A stretch of DNA of 42,934 nucleotides from an uncultured Candidatus Pelagibacter sp. (GCA_943841085.1 CALSWN010000028.1:1-42934), one strand, 5' to 3'; shown: positions 18,478 through 27,220, counted from the stretch's first letter. Made by a program: numbers and translations. Notes: generated by a model not told the origin, from the letters alone.

Positions 18478-19169
18478 TAAAATCCCCTGCTATATTTAAC
18501 TTCAAGTCTATTAATTAGTTTCATACTTAAAAAAGTAAGCATTAAGTAAATCAATGCAGCAACAGAATAAAACAATAAAGGATCCCTTGTTGATCCAGCT
18601 GCAATGTAAGATTGTCTCATTATTTCAACCAATCCAGTTACCGATATTAATGAGGTATCTTTTAATGTTATCTGCCAAACGTTACTTAAATTTGGAATGG
18701 CAAGCCTTAACATTTGTGGCATAATTATTTTAAAAAATTGGATGTGTTTTTTGACTCCTAAAACTTTTGCTGCCTCAAATTGACCTTTGTCAATTGACTG
18801 GATTGCACCCCTAAAAACTTCTGTTGAATATGCACCAGAAATAATACCAATTGCAAAAGATCCAGTAATAAATGCGTTTATTTCAATGTATTCAAAATAT
18901 CCAAATATTGAAGCGACGTACATTATTGCTCCACTTCCTCCAAAAAAGAAAAGGTAGATTACTAATAATTCTGGAACACCTCTAATAACTGTGGTGTATG
19001 AATTTGCTATAAAATTTAAAAATTTTTTATTTGATAACTTTAGTGGTGTAAAAATTAATGCAAAGAAAAAACCAATTAACATTGCTGTAATAGACACTAC
19101 TATTGTCATTAGAGTTGCATAAAACAACTCATCACCCCAACCAGTATTTCCAAATGTTAGAAGTTCCAT
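18477..19169 (-). CDS. Polar amino-acid ABC permease (HisQ/OccQ-like)
   Basis: IRGVPEL, AYSTEVFRGA, GQFEAA..LG and KDTSL motifs. Confidence 0.92.
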   Translation of the reverse strand: MELLTFGNTGWGDELFYATLMTIVVSITAMLIGFFFALIFTPLKLSNKKFLNFIANSYTTVIRGVPELLVIYLFFFGGSGAIMYVASIFGYFEYIEINAFITGSFAIGIISGAYSTEVFRGAIQSIDKGQFEAAKVLGVKKHIQFFKIIMPQMLRLAIPNLSNVWQITLKDTSLISVTGLVEIMRQSYIAAGSTRDPLLFYSVAALIYLMLTFLSMKLINRLEVKYSRGF

Positions 19170-19170
19170 A

Positions 19171-19206
19171 TAGATTGGCGACTATATAGTATAGTCGCCA
19201 AATCTA
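19171..19206. other. Strong intercistronic hairpin between the binding-protein gene and the permease gene
   Basis: TTGGCGACTATA (19175-19186) - tag - TATAGTCGCCAA (19190-19201): perfect 12-bp stem, extendable by TAGA/TCTA past a one-base bulge. Confidence 0.75.
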
Positions 19207-19214
19207 AAAATTAA

Positions 19215-20042
19215 TTACATAGAAGCATCAAAACCGAACCACTTAGTAGCGATTCTGCTAATGTCTCCATTTTTTCTTGCTTTATTAATAGCACTATTAA
19301 AAGCTTTTAAAAGTTCAGTATCATCTTTTCTAATACCAACTCCAACACCATTTCCAAATGCTCCACCTGAAAAAGTTGGTCCAACTAAAACAACTGGTTT
19401 TCCAGATTTTTCCGCATAATCACTAAATGCTACGGCAGCAGCTAAAGCAGCATCACATCTACCAGAAGTTAAATCCAAATTAACTTCGTCTTGTGTTTTA
19501 TATGTTCTTACATTTACCTTTCCTACATCACCTGAGTCTAAAAAGTTTTGGTGAATTGTAGCTGTTTGAACACAAACTGTTTTTCCAGCTAAAGCAGCTG
19601 TGATAGTTTTTAGTGCTTTTTTTGCAGCTGAATTTGGTTTTGACAGGTTTATTCCAGCTGGTGTATCCATTCCTTCAAGGCTTGACCCTTTCATGACTGC
19701 TAATGAAGCAACTTCATCTGCATAGCCTTGAGAAAAATTAATAGTTTTTAATCTTTCGTCTGTAATAGACATACCTGCCATTATTACATCAAACTTTTTA
19801 ATGATAAGGCCTGGAATCATACCGTCCCAATCTTGTTCAACCATCTCACATTGTTGTCCAATGTATCTACAAAGTGTCCAAGCTAATTCAACCTCAAATC
19901 CAATTAGTTTGCCTGAAGCATCTTTTGAATTCCATGGAGGATAAGCCCCTTCTGTACCTATTCTTATTTTGTCAGCGTTGGCTGATATTGTCAAAAATAA
20001 AGTTATTAACAATCCCAAACTGAATTTTTTTAATATATTCAT
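19215..20042 (-). CDS. Polar amino-acid ABC substrate-binding protein (SBP family 3; ArgT/HisJ/OccT-like)
   Basis: Signal peptide; IGTEGAYPPWN, WDGMIPGL, MAGMSITDER and G.G.GIRK motifs; AAGGAG RBS. Confidence 0.92.
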   Translation of the reverse strand: MNILKKFSLGLLITLFLTISANADKIRIGTEGAYPPWNSKDASGKLIGFEVELAWTLCRYIGQQCEMVEQDWDGMIPGLIIKKFDVIMAGMSITDERLKTINFSQGYADEVASLAVMKGSSLEGMDTPAGINLSKPNSAAKKALKTITAALAGKTVCVQTATIHQNFLDSGDVGKVNVRTYKTQDEVNLDLTSGRCDAALAAAVAFSDYAEKSGKPVVLVGPTFSGGAFGNGVGVGIRKDDTELLKAFNSAINKARKNGDISRIATKWFGFDASM

Positions 20043-20102
20043 TGTTTTCTCCTTTAAATAAGAATTAAGTATTTCATAAATTAATGAAATTAAAAAGAAA
20101 AA

Positions 20103-21143
20103 TTAATGATTTATTGATGTGGAAAAATTCCAAGAACAATCAAAACTTGGTATATAAACTCTTGATAAATTAGTGTTACCAAAATGATGATTGAATACAT
20201 TTAACCATTTTTCAACTTGGTGGGGTTTTTTATCTTGACTTCCTACTTGAGTAGTTATCGCACCTTTTGGTTTTAAAATTCTAACAAGTGACTCCATATT
20301 TTTTTCTGCTAAATCTATACAAAATTGATCATCATTTAGGTCAACAAATATATGATCATATGTATCGTCACTAACAGATTTAATGCTTTCAAAAGCATCT
20401 CCCCATACACACTTAACTGAATTTTTTTCAGTAGATTTTTTACCAATATCACCTAAATGTTTATTGCAAACATCTACAACCTCTGGATCAAGTTCATACC
20501 AATCAACAAAATTAAAATTTTTTGAAATACATTCTCTTGCAACACCACCATCACCACCACCTATGATAGCACCTCTTTCATTTTCTTTATTTAATTTTAA
20601 TCCAGCTCCAACAAAAGTTGAACTATATAAATGTTCATCAGATGTAGCAACTTGAATTTCTCCATCAATAAATAATGATTTACCAAATTGCTCTAAATCT
20701 AAAATCTCAATGTGTTGACCCACTTTAGATTTAAAATCTTCAAGAATATCATTAACAACATATAACTTTTGCAAACCAGGAGAACTATAAATATCGTGAT
20801 ATAAGGATTTAGTATCTCTATTAAATTCTTTTTTAACAATTCTCTTAAATTTAAATTCTTTTTTAATAATATCGATAGCAATAGATGGTTTTACTTTTCC
20901 ACAAGTAAAAAAATCAAAACTAATTATTCCTTTTTCTGGAAATGTATGAAAACTAATATGACTTTCTGCTAATAATGCTAAAATTGTAAAACCCTGTGGC
21001 TCAAATTTATATTTAGAAATATTTAAAATTGTTACTTTAGCAACTCTTGCAATATCATGAATGACTTTTTCATAAAAAGAAGAATCATATTCTTTAGTTG
21101 TGCCTATAATATCTAAAGTAATATGCTCACCAACTTTAGTCAT
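20103..21143 (-). CDS. Fused pyruvoyl-dependent S-adenosylmethionine decarboxylase-like (SpeD) and aminopropyltransferase (SpeE) protein
   Basis: N-terminal G.H...D, F.PQG.T...LLAESHISFHTFPE and DFFTCG. C-terminal FG..L..DG..Q, IIGGGDGG..RE, ELDPEVV, GDA and D.I.VD. Confidence 0.9.
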   Translation of the reverse strand: MTKVGEHITLDIIGTTKEYDSSFYEKVIHDIARVAKVTILNISKYKFEPQGFTILALLAESHISFHTFPEKGIISFDFFTCGKVKPSIAIDIIKKEFKFKRIVKKEFNRDTKSLYHDIYSSPGLQKLYVVNDILEDFKSKVGQHIEILDLEQFGKSLFIDGEIQVATSDEHLYSSTFVGAGLKLNKENERGAIIGGGDGGVARECISKNFNFVDWYELDPEVVDVCNKHLGDIGKKSTEKNSVKCVWGDAFESIKSVSDDTYDHIFVDLNDDQFCIDLAEKNMESLVRILKPKGAITTQVGSQDKKPHQVEKWLNVFNHHFGNTNLSRVYIPSFDCSWNFSTSINH

Positions 21144-21149
21144 TAAAAA

Positions 21150-21782
21150 TTATCCTCTTTTATAATTTTTTGCTTTCGATAAAACTTTACTCATTTCTTT
21201 ATTAGAAAGAATTTTAGGCTTACCCAGCTTCAAACTTGTTATATACTGAAGTGATATATTTTCAACCTCTTCAGCAAGTTCAAAAGCTTTTGATAAATTT
21301 TTTTCAAATGCAATCTGTCCGTGATTTGATATTAGACAAGCATTTCTATTTTTTAAGGCTACTAATATATTTTTTGACAAAGCTCGTGTGCCAAAAGTTG
21401 CATATTTCGCACATTTAATGTCTTTACCACCAGCCATTGCCACCATGTAATGAAATGCTGGTATTCCTTTTTTATGAGCTGAAATAGCAGTCGCATTTGT
21501 TGAGTGGGCATGTACGATAGCATTGGCTTCCTTTTTTTTAAGATAGATATCTTGGTGAAATTTCCATTCAGATGATGGAACTCCATAATTTTTGTCAAAT
21601 ATACCATCTAAACCAACGTAAACGATGTCTGAATTTTTTAAGGTTGAGTATTTTTTTCCTGAAGGAGTTATAAAAAACCCATTTTTATATTTAATAGATA
21701 TATTTCCCGATCTTAAAGCTGAAAGTTTTTTGTTATTAAGCATTTTAGCATATTTGATAATCTCAGATTTTATTTGTTTCAT
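21150..21782 (-). CDS. FucA-like class II aldolase (probable Ald2, methylthioribulose-1-P / 5-deoxyribulose-1-P aldolase)
   Basis: SGNIS, ITPSG, PSSEW.FH, VHAHS and NHG metal ligands, plus the FucA-type HYMVAMAGG...CA.YATFGT segment; overlaps the mtnA stop. Confidence 0.85.
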   Translation of the reverse strand: MKQIKSEIIKYAKMLNNKKLSALRSGNISIKYKNGFFITPSGKKYSTLKNSDIVYVGLDGIFDKNYGVPSSEWKFHQDIYLKKKEANAIVHAHSTNATAISAHKKGIPAFHYMVAMAGGKDIKCAKYATFGTRALSKNILVALKNRNACLISNHGQIAFEKNLSKAFELAEEVENISLQYITSLKLGKPKILSNKEMSKVLSKAKNYKRG

Positions 21783-22849
21783 TTAAATAATTTTCTTAAT
21801 CCATTTGATGATGCTTCACAAATTCCTTTTTCTGTGATTAATCCTGAAATATATTTTGCAGGTGTTACATCAAAAGCTAAATTCATCGAATTGCTTTTTT
21901 TTGGATATATTCGTATTTTTTTAATATTCTCATTTTCATCTAGCCCTTCAATATGAGATAATTCTTCTGAATTTCTTTCTTCTATTGGAATATCCTTGAA
22001 GTCCTTTATATCCCAATCAATAGTTGAACTCGGTAGCGCAACATAAAAGGGAATGTCATTATCATGCGCTGCTAGTGCTTTTAAATAAGTTCCAATTTTA
22101 TTTGCGACATCTCCTGTTGATAAAGTTCTATCAGTTCCAACAATACACATATCCACTTCTCCTCTTTGCATTAAAATTCCACCTGTATTATCTGCAATAA
22201 TTGTATTTGATACTTCTTCTTCATTTAACTCATAAGAAGTTAAATTTGCTCCTTGGTTTCTAGGCCTTGTTTCATCAACCCAAACATGAACTGGTATTCC
22301 TTTCCTATGCGCATGATAAATTGGTGAAGTAGCAGTACCCCAATTAATTGTTGCTAACCATCCAGCATTACAGTGAGTTAAAATATTAACTGTACGGTTC
22401 TTTTTTTTATAAATTTCTTCTATTACTTTTAATCCATTTAATCCAATATTTTTACAAAATCTAATATCCTCTTCACATATTTCTTTAGCTTCCTTTAATG
22501 CTATATCTAAAATTTTATCACTATTAACCCCTAATAATTTTTTCATCATACGGTCTACTGACCATTTAAGATTTATTGCTGTAGGTCTTGAATTAATTAA
22601 ATTCTCTGCTGATTTTTTTAAAAATGATTTATCATTATTTTCCAATATTGATAAAACCAAACCATATGCAGCTGTTGCTCCAATTAAAGGAGCTCCTCTA
22701 ACTTCCATCATTTTAATGGCATTTATAGTGTCTTTTACTGTTTTTAGATCTTTAATTATAAATTGATGTGGAAGCTTAGTTTGGTCAATAATTTTTACAA
22801 TATCATTTTCAAACCAAATAGTTCGGTATTCTTTTCCTTCTATTCTCAT
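21779..22849 (-). CDS. mtnA: Methylthioribose-1-phosphate isomerase
   Basis: IDQTKLP, VRGAPLIG, RPTA.NL, LTHCNAGWLA, DETRP.NQG and ANKIGTY motifs. Confidence 0.95.
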   Translation of the reverse strand: MRIEGKEYRTIWFENDIVKIIDQTKLPHQFIIKDLKTVKDTINAIKMMEVRGAPLIGATAAYGLVLSILENNDKSFLKKSAENLINSRPTAINLKWSVDRMMKKLLGVNSDKILDIALKEAKEICEEDIRFCKNIGLNGLKVIEEIYKKKNRTVNILTHCNAGWLATINWGTATSPIYHAHRKGIPVHVWVDETRPRNQGANLTSYELNEEEVSNTIIADNTGGILMQRGEVDMCIVGTDRTLSTGDVANKIGTYLKALAAHDNDIPFYVALPSSTIDWDIKDFKDIPIEERNSEELSHIEGLDENENIKKIRIYPKKSNSMNLAFDVTPAKYISGLITEKGICEASSNGLRKLFK

Positions 22850-23718
22850 TTATTTAAAACTCTTCCTGCTATGGTTTTGAGTTTGTCTTTTGTCTTTTGA
22901 GTTCTTTTTTCAGGTGCAGTAATAATTGCTACATCTAAACAATTGTTTGTCGAGTCTTTTGGATCAATATGTTTTTCAAAATTATTTATTAGATTTTTAA
23001 TCATATTTTTTGCTTTTGCAGCATTATCTAAAAGAACTTTTATAACTTGTTGTACATCAACATTTTCATGATCCGGGTGCCAACAATCATAATCGGTAAC
23101 CATTGAAACCGATGCGTATCTAATTTCTGCTTCTCTTGCTAATTTGGCTTCTGGCATATTGGTCATTCCAATTACATCAGCTTTCCAAGATCTATATAAA
23201 TTTGACTCTGCTAATGTAGAAAATTGAGGTCCTTCCATAACAACATATGTACCACCTCTTTGGTATTCAATTTTTTCTTTTTTGATTGCTTCTTCACAAG
23301 CACTCATAAGACCACTTGAAGTTGGATGTGCCATGGAAACATGGGCAACTATTTCATCATCAAAAAAAGTTTTATTTCTAGAAAAAGTTCGGTCGATAAA
23401 CTGATCAACAATAACAAATTTTCCTGGTGGAAGATCTTCTTTTAAAGAGCCAACGGCTGAAACTGATACTATATCTGTAACACCCATTTGTTTTAAAGCA
23501 TCTATATTTGCTCTGAAATTAATCTTTGTGGGAGAAATAAAATGTCCCCTACCATGTCTGGGTAAAAAATAAATTTCTTTATTGTTAAAAGTCGTTTTTA
23601 AAATATCATCTGATGGATTTCCCCAGGGAGTATTGATTTTAATGAATTTTCTGTCTTTAAACTCCTCCACATCATAAAGACCACTTCCACCAATAATTGC
23701 TAATTTATTATTTGCCAT
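22846..23718 (-). CDS. mtnP: S-methyl-5'-thioadenosine phosphorylase
   Basis: IIGGSGLY, FLPRHG.GH, SAVGSL, EGPQFST.AES, IGMTNMPEAKLAREA and VTDYDCW motifs. Confidence 0.95.
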   Translation of the reverse strand: MANNKLAIIGGSGLYDVEEFKDRKFIKINTPWGNPSDDILKTTFNNKEIYFLPRHGRGHFISPTKINFRANIDALKQMGVTDIVSVSAVGSLKEDLPPGKFVIVDQFIDRTFSRNKTFFDDEIVAHVSMAHPTSSGLMSACEEAIKKEKIEYQRGGTYVVMEGPQFSTLAESNLYRSWKADVIGMTNMPEAKLAREAEIRYASVSMVTDYDCWHPDHENVDVQQVIKVLLDNAAKAKNMIKNLINNFEKHIDPKDSTNNCLDVAIITAPEKRTQKTKDKLKTIAGRVLNK

Positions 23719-23764
23719 ATTAATAAAATTCTTTAAGTGTTTTATATATTAATAATTATTAAAA

Positions 23765-24292
23765 ATGAATTTAAAAGAGTTTATAAGATCTATTCCTGAT
23801 TATCCTAAAAAAGGAATTTTATTTAGAGATATTACAACTCTAATTAAAGATGAAAGAGCTTTTGCAGAATCCATCAATCAAATAGTTAAAAGATCAAAAA
23901 AATTTAAAATAGATAAGATTGCTGCAATAGAGTCTAGAGGATTTGTTTTTGCATCAGCTGTTTCTTATTTGCTTAAAAAACCATTTATAATGTTTAGGAA
24001 AAAAAACAAACTTCCTGCTGAAACTCATTCTGTTGATTTTGAATTAGAATATGGAAGTGCCACCATTGAAGTTCACAAGGATTCTATTAATAAAGATGAT
24101 TCTATTTTGATTATAGATGATTTAATTGCTACTGGAGGAACTGCTGAAGCTGCTGCTAAACTTGTGGAAATTTCTGGAGGAAATGTAGCAGCTTTTATAT
24201 TTGCAATTAATCTTTTTGATTTAGGTGGATCCAATAATTTAATTAAAAAAAAATACAAAGTTGAAAGTTTAATGGACTTCCCAGGACACTAA
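23765..24292 (+). CDS. apt: Adenine phosphoribosyltransferase
   Basis: PDYPK.GI.FRDIT, ESRGF, LEYG and IIDDLIATGGT (PRPP-binding motif). Confidence 0.96.
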   Translation: MNLKEFIRSIPDYPKKGILFRDITTLIKDERAFAESINQIVKRSKKFKIDKIAAIESRGFVFASAVSYLLKKPFIMFRKKNKLPAETHSVDFELEYGSATIEVHKDSINKDDSILIIDDLIATGGTAEAAAKLVEISGGNVAAFIFAINLFDLGGSNNLIKKKYKVESLMDFPGH

Positions 24293-25197
24293 TAAAATCG
24301 CCCACCTCTATAATTTGACTTGAATCCTAAAATTGAAAATAAAAGACCTAAAAACCTAAATAGATATTTATCTCTATTAAATTCATCAAATAAAAGTGTA
24401 TAAAAAATTGCTTTAAAAAAAGACTTAAAAAATTTTCCAGAAATTTTAACTAATGCGTACAGATAATTATAATTTTTTTTATAAAAATAAAAATATGACC
24501 ACATCCAATGCCAATCACGCAATCTATTAGCTTCATTTTTAAATTTAACAATTGACCCCAAAGAACCCTTAAAACCCATATGATGTACCTTAAGGTCACT
24601 TGATGAATATACTAAGCCACCTCTGTCATTTATGGATTTACATAAATCAAACTCTTCAAAATATAAAAAATAATTATTATCAAAAATATTTTTATCTTTA
24701 AATTTTTTTAAGTTTATTAACATTGAACATCCTGTCACCCAATCGACTTTAATCAGTTGTTTTCTTTGTTTAAAAAAATTTTTCTGAAAAGCGTTATGTT
24801 TCTTCTCATTAAAATAACCTGCAGGTAAATAGGCGGTATCATTTGAATATTGACATCCTATCACCGAAAATTTTTTATTTTTTTTTAAAAATTTAACTAT
24901 CTTTTTAAAAAAATTGTCCTTACAAATAATATCTGGGTTTAAAATTAAAGCATAATCTGTTTTAACTCTATCTAAACCAAAATTATTACCTTTTCCATAA
25001 CCTAAATTTAGACCTGTACAAATAACCTCAATATTTGAAAATTTATTAAGAAAATAACTTTTATGTATAAATTTCTTTGAGTTCTCAACAATAATTATAT
25101 TTATCTTTTTATCGATAGATTTTATGCAATTTAAGAGAATTTTTTTATCAGTTAAATATGTAACAATTACTACTGTTAGATTATTTATTTTTTTCAT
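24289..25197 (-). CDS. GT2 glycosyltransferase (rhamnosyltransferase-like)
   Basis: VIVTY, VENS, NLGYGKGNN.G, LNPD, GCSML and FLYFEE.DLC motifs. Confidence 0.9.
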   Translation of the reverse strand: MKKINNLTVVIVTYLTDKKILLNCIKSIDKKINIIIVENSKKFIHKSYFLNKFSNIEVICTGLNLGYGKGNNFGLDRVKTDYALILNPDIICKDNFFKKIVKFLKKNKKFSVIGCQYSNDTAYLPAGYFNEKKHNAFQKNFFKQRKQLIKVDWVTGCSMLINLKKFKDKNIFDNNYFLYFEEFDLCKSINDRGGLVYSSSDLKVHHMGFKGSLGSIVKFKNEANRLRDWHWMWSYFYFYKKNYNYLYALVKISGKFFKSFFKAIFYTLLFDEFNRDKYLFRFLGLLFSILGFKSNYRGGRFY

Positions 25198-25249
25198 TAT
25201 TATTAAAACATATATATACTTTAATTTAAATTATTGTAAAAACTTTTAA

Positions 25250-26266
25250 ATGAAAAAAATAATTGTCACTGGTGGTTTAGGTTTTATAGGAAGTAATTTA
25301 ATAGAGTTACTTTTAAAAAAGAACTATTATGTAATTAATTTAGACAAAGTTACATACTCATCTAATTTGTATAATACCAGAACATTCAATAACAACAAAA
25401 AATATCAGTTTATTAAATGCGATATTAATAGTAAAAAAATTGAACAAATTTTTAACAAATACAAACCAATTGGTATTTTTAATTTAGCAGCAGAGACACA
25501 TGTGGATAGATCAATTGATTCCCCAAAAAGTTTTATAGATAGCAATATTATTGGTGTGTACAATATTTTAGAAATTTTTAGAAAATTTTCAAAAAAATAT
25601 AAAAAAACCAAATTAATTCATATCTCAACTGATGAAGTTTTTGGTGATATTTTAACTGGTCGTAGTGATGAAAACTATCCATATAAACCAAGCTCACCCT
25701 ATGCTGCTAGCAAAGCTTCTTCTGATCACCTTGTATCATCGTACGTTCGAACTTATAATATTCCAGCCATCGTAACTAATTGTTCTAATAACTATGGTCC
25801 AAAACAACATCCTGAAAAATTAATTCCTAAGCTTATATACAATATTTTTACAAATAAACCTTTACCCATATATGGTAATGGTTCAAATTCAAGAGAATGG
25901 ATTTATGTAAAAGACCATTGTGAAGCCCTCATTAAAATTTTTGAAAAAGGAAAAATAGGAAATTTCTATAATATAGGTTCCAACAAAAACCAAACAAATT
26001 TAGAAATCTGTGAAAGATTAATTAATGTAGCTAAAAAAAATAAAATTTTAGGTAACGGTGTTAAGATTAAATTTGTAAAAGACAGGCCTGGTCATGATAT
26101 AAGATATGCATTAAATAGTTCAAAATTAAAAAAAGAACTTAAATGGACACCTAAAACAAATTTAAGTGAAGGTATAAAAAAAACCTTTCAATGGTATTTT
26201 AAAAATAAAAAATATTACAAATCTATTTCTAAAAGAGATATTATAAAACGTTTGGGCATTAAATAA
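25250..26266 (+). CDS. rfbB: dTDP-glucose 4,6-dehydratase
   Basis: VTGG.GFIGS, AAETHVDRSI, HISTDEV.G, PSSPYAASKA, NCSNNYGP and DRPGHD.RY motifs. Confidence 0.95.
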   Translation: MKKIIVTGGLGFIGSNLIELLLKKNYYVINLDKVTYSSNLYNTRTFNNNKKYQFIKCDINSKKIEQIFNKYKPIGIFNLAAETHVDRSIDSPKSFIDSNIIGVYNILEIFRKFSKKYKKTKLIHISTDEVFGDILTGRSDENYPYKPSSPYAASKASSDHLVSSYVRTYNIPAIVTNCSNNYGPKQHPEKLIPKLIYNIFTNKPLPIYGNGSNSREWIYVKDHCEALIKIFEKGKIGNFYNIGSNKNQTNLEICERLINVAKKNKILGNGVKIKFVKDRPGHDIRYALNSSKLKKELKWTPKTNLSEGIKKTFQWYFKNKKYYKSISKRDIIKRLGIK

Positions 26267-26288
26267 TTTTTTAAAGGGTACAATTACA

Positions 26289-26365
26289 TGGTAGCGGGAA
26301 GTGGGATCGAACCACTGACCTCAGGCTTATGAGTCCTGCGCTCTAACCAACTGAGCTACCCCGCC
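26289..26365 (-). tRNA. tRNA-Met (CAT), elongator type
   Basis: Minus strand GGCGGGGTAGCTCAGTTGGTTAGAGCGCAGGACTCATAAGCCTGAGGTCAGTGGTTCGATCCCACTTCCCGCTACCA. 77 nt, cloverleaf, encoded CCA, no initiator C1:A72 mismatch. Confidence 0.93.
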
Positions 26366-26587
26366 ACTTAATTATCGTTGATTTATAATAGATTTAATTT
26401 TTAGTGCAATCAAGTATTTCTCAATTTTTCACATTGAATTACATTAGATCTCATCAAGCCAATAAATAAATGTGTTTAATTGTTAACCTGAGGCTTGAGA
26501 GTCATATTTTAAAGAATGTAATTTATAATTGACTTAATTATAATATGAAATAAATCAATGGCTAGAATAGATCATAATTATTATATA

Positions 26588-27220
26588 ATGAAAAAAAAAA
26601 TTCTTATTAATTACTGGAACAAGTTTTATAAAAAAAAATCAATAACAGCAGAGTCTACATTTGCAAAATTTACTTATAAAAAAATAATTAATAAAAAATC
26701 TACACTTTTAGATATAGGGTGTGGTAATGGAAGAGACTCATATTATTTTAATAGAAAAGGCCTTATAGTGACAGGTATAGACATTTCACAAAAAGCAATA
26801 CAAAAAAACTCAAAAGATAAAATAAAAAATTTATCGTTTAAAAAGTTTGATATAGGTAAAGATAAAATTAAAGGTAAGTTTGATATAATCTACTGTAGAT
26901 TTTTTGTTCATACAGTGGATGAATTACTAGAAAATAAATTAATTGAGTTAATAAAAAATTCTAAAAATAGAGGAACTAAGGTATTTTTTGAATTTAGAAA
27001 TTATAAAGATAAGATTTTTGGAAATTTTAAAGCCAAAGATCACAATAAAGTGGTTGAATTTGAAAAAGGACATTTTAGAAGAATTATTGATCCAAAAATA
27101 TTTAAAAAAAAATTTCTTATAGAGACTAAATCTAAAATTATTTATCAAAAAAATGGTATTAACCTGTCTATTGTTAGAAAAGATAATCCAAATTTGTCAC
27201 GTATGATTTTTAAATTTTAA
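26588..27220 (+). CDS. Class I SAM-dependent methyltransferase
   Basis: LLDIGCGNGRDS, VTGIDIS, FDIIYCRFF.H and HFRR motifs. Start is probably ATG 26588; the ORF track gives 26558. Confidence 0.85.
   Translation: MKKKILINYWNKFYKKKSITAESTFAKFTYKKIINKKSTLLDIGCGNGRDSYYFNRKGLIVTGIDISQKAIQKNSKDKIKNLSFKKFDIGKDKIKGKFDIIYCRFFVHTVDELLENKLIELIKNSKNRGTKVFFEFRNYKDKIFGNFKAKDHNKVVEFEKGHFRRIIDPKIFKKKFLIETKSKIIYQKNGINLSIVRKDNPNLSRMIFKF

Noticed and set aside
21150-21782. Annotation as a fucose-catabolism fucA or as mtnB
   Set aside because: There are no fucose genes nearby, and the FucA-type motifs argue against MtnB. Context favours an Ald2-type role.
26366-26420. Possible SAM-V riboswitch (GCACTAAAAA on the minus strand)
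   Set aside because: The rest of the aptamer is not evident, and the segment fits the tRNA promoter (TTGATT-17-TATTAT).
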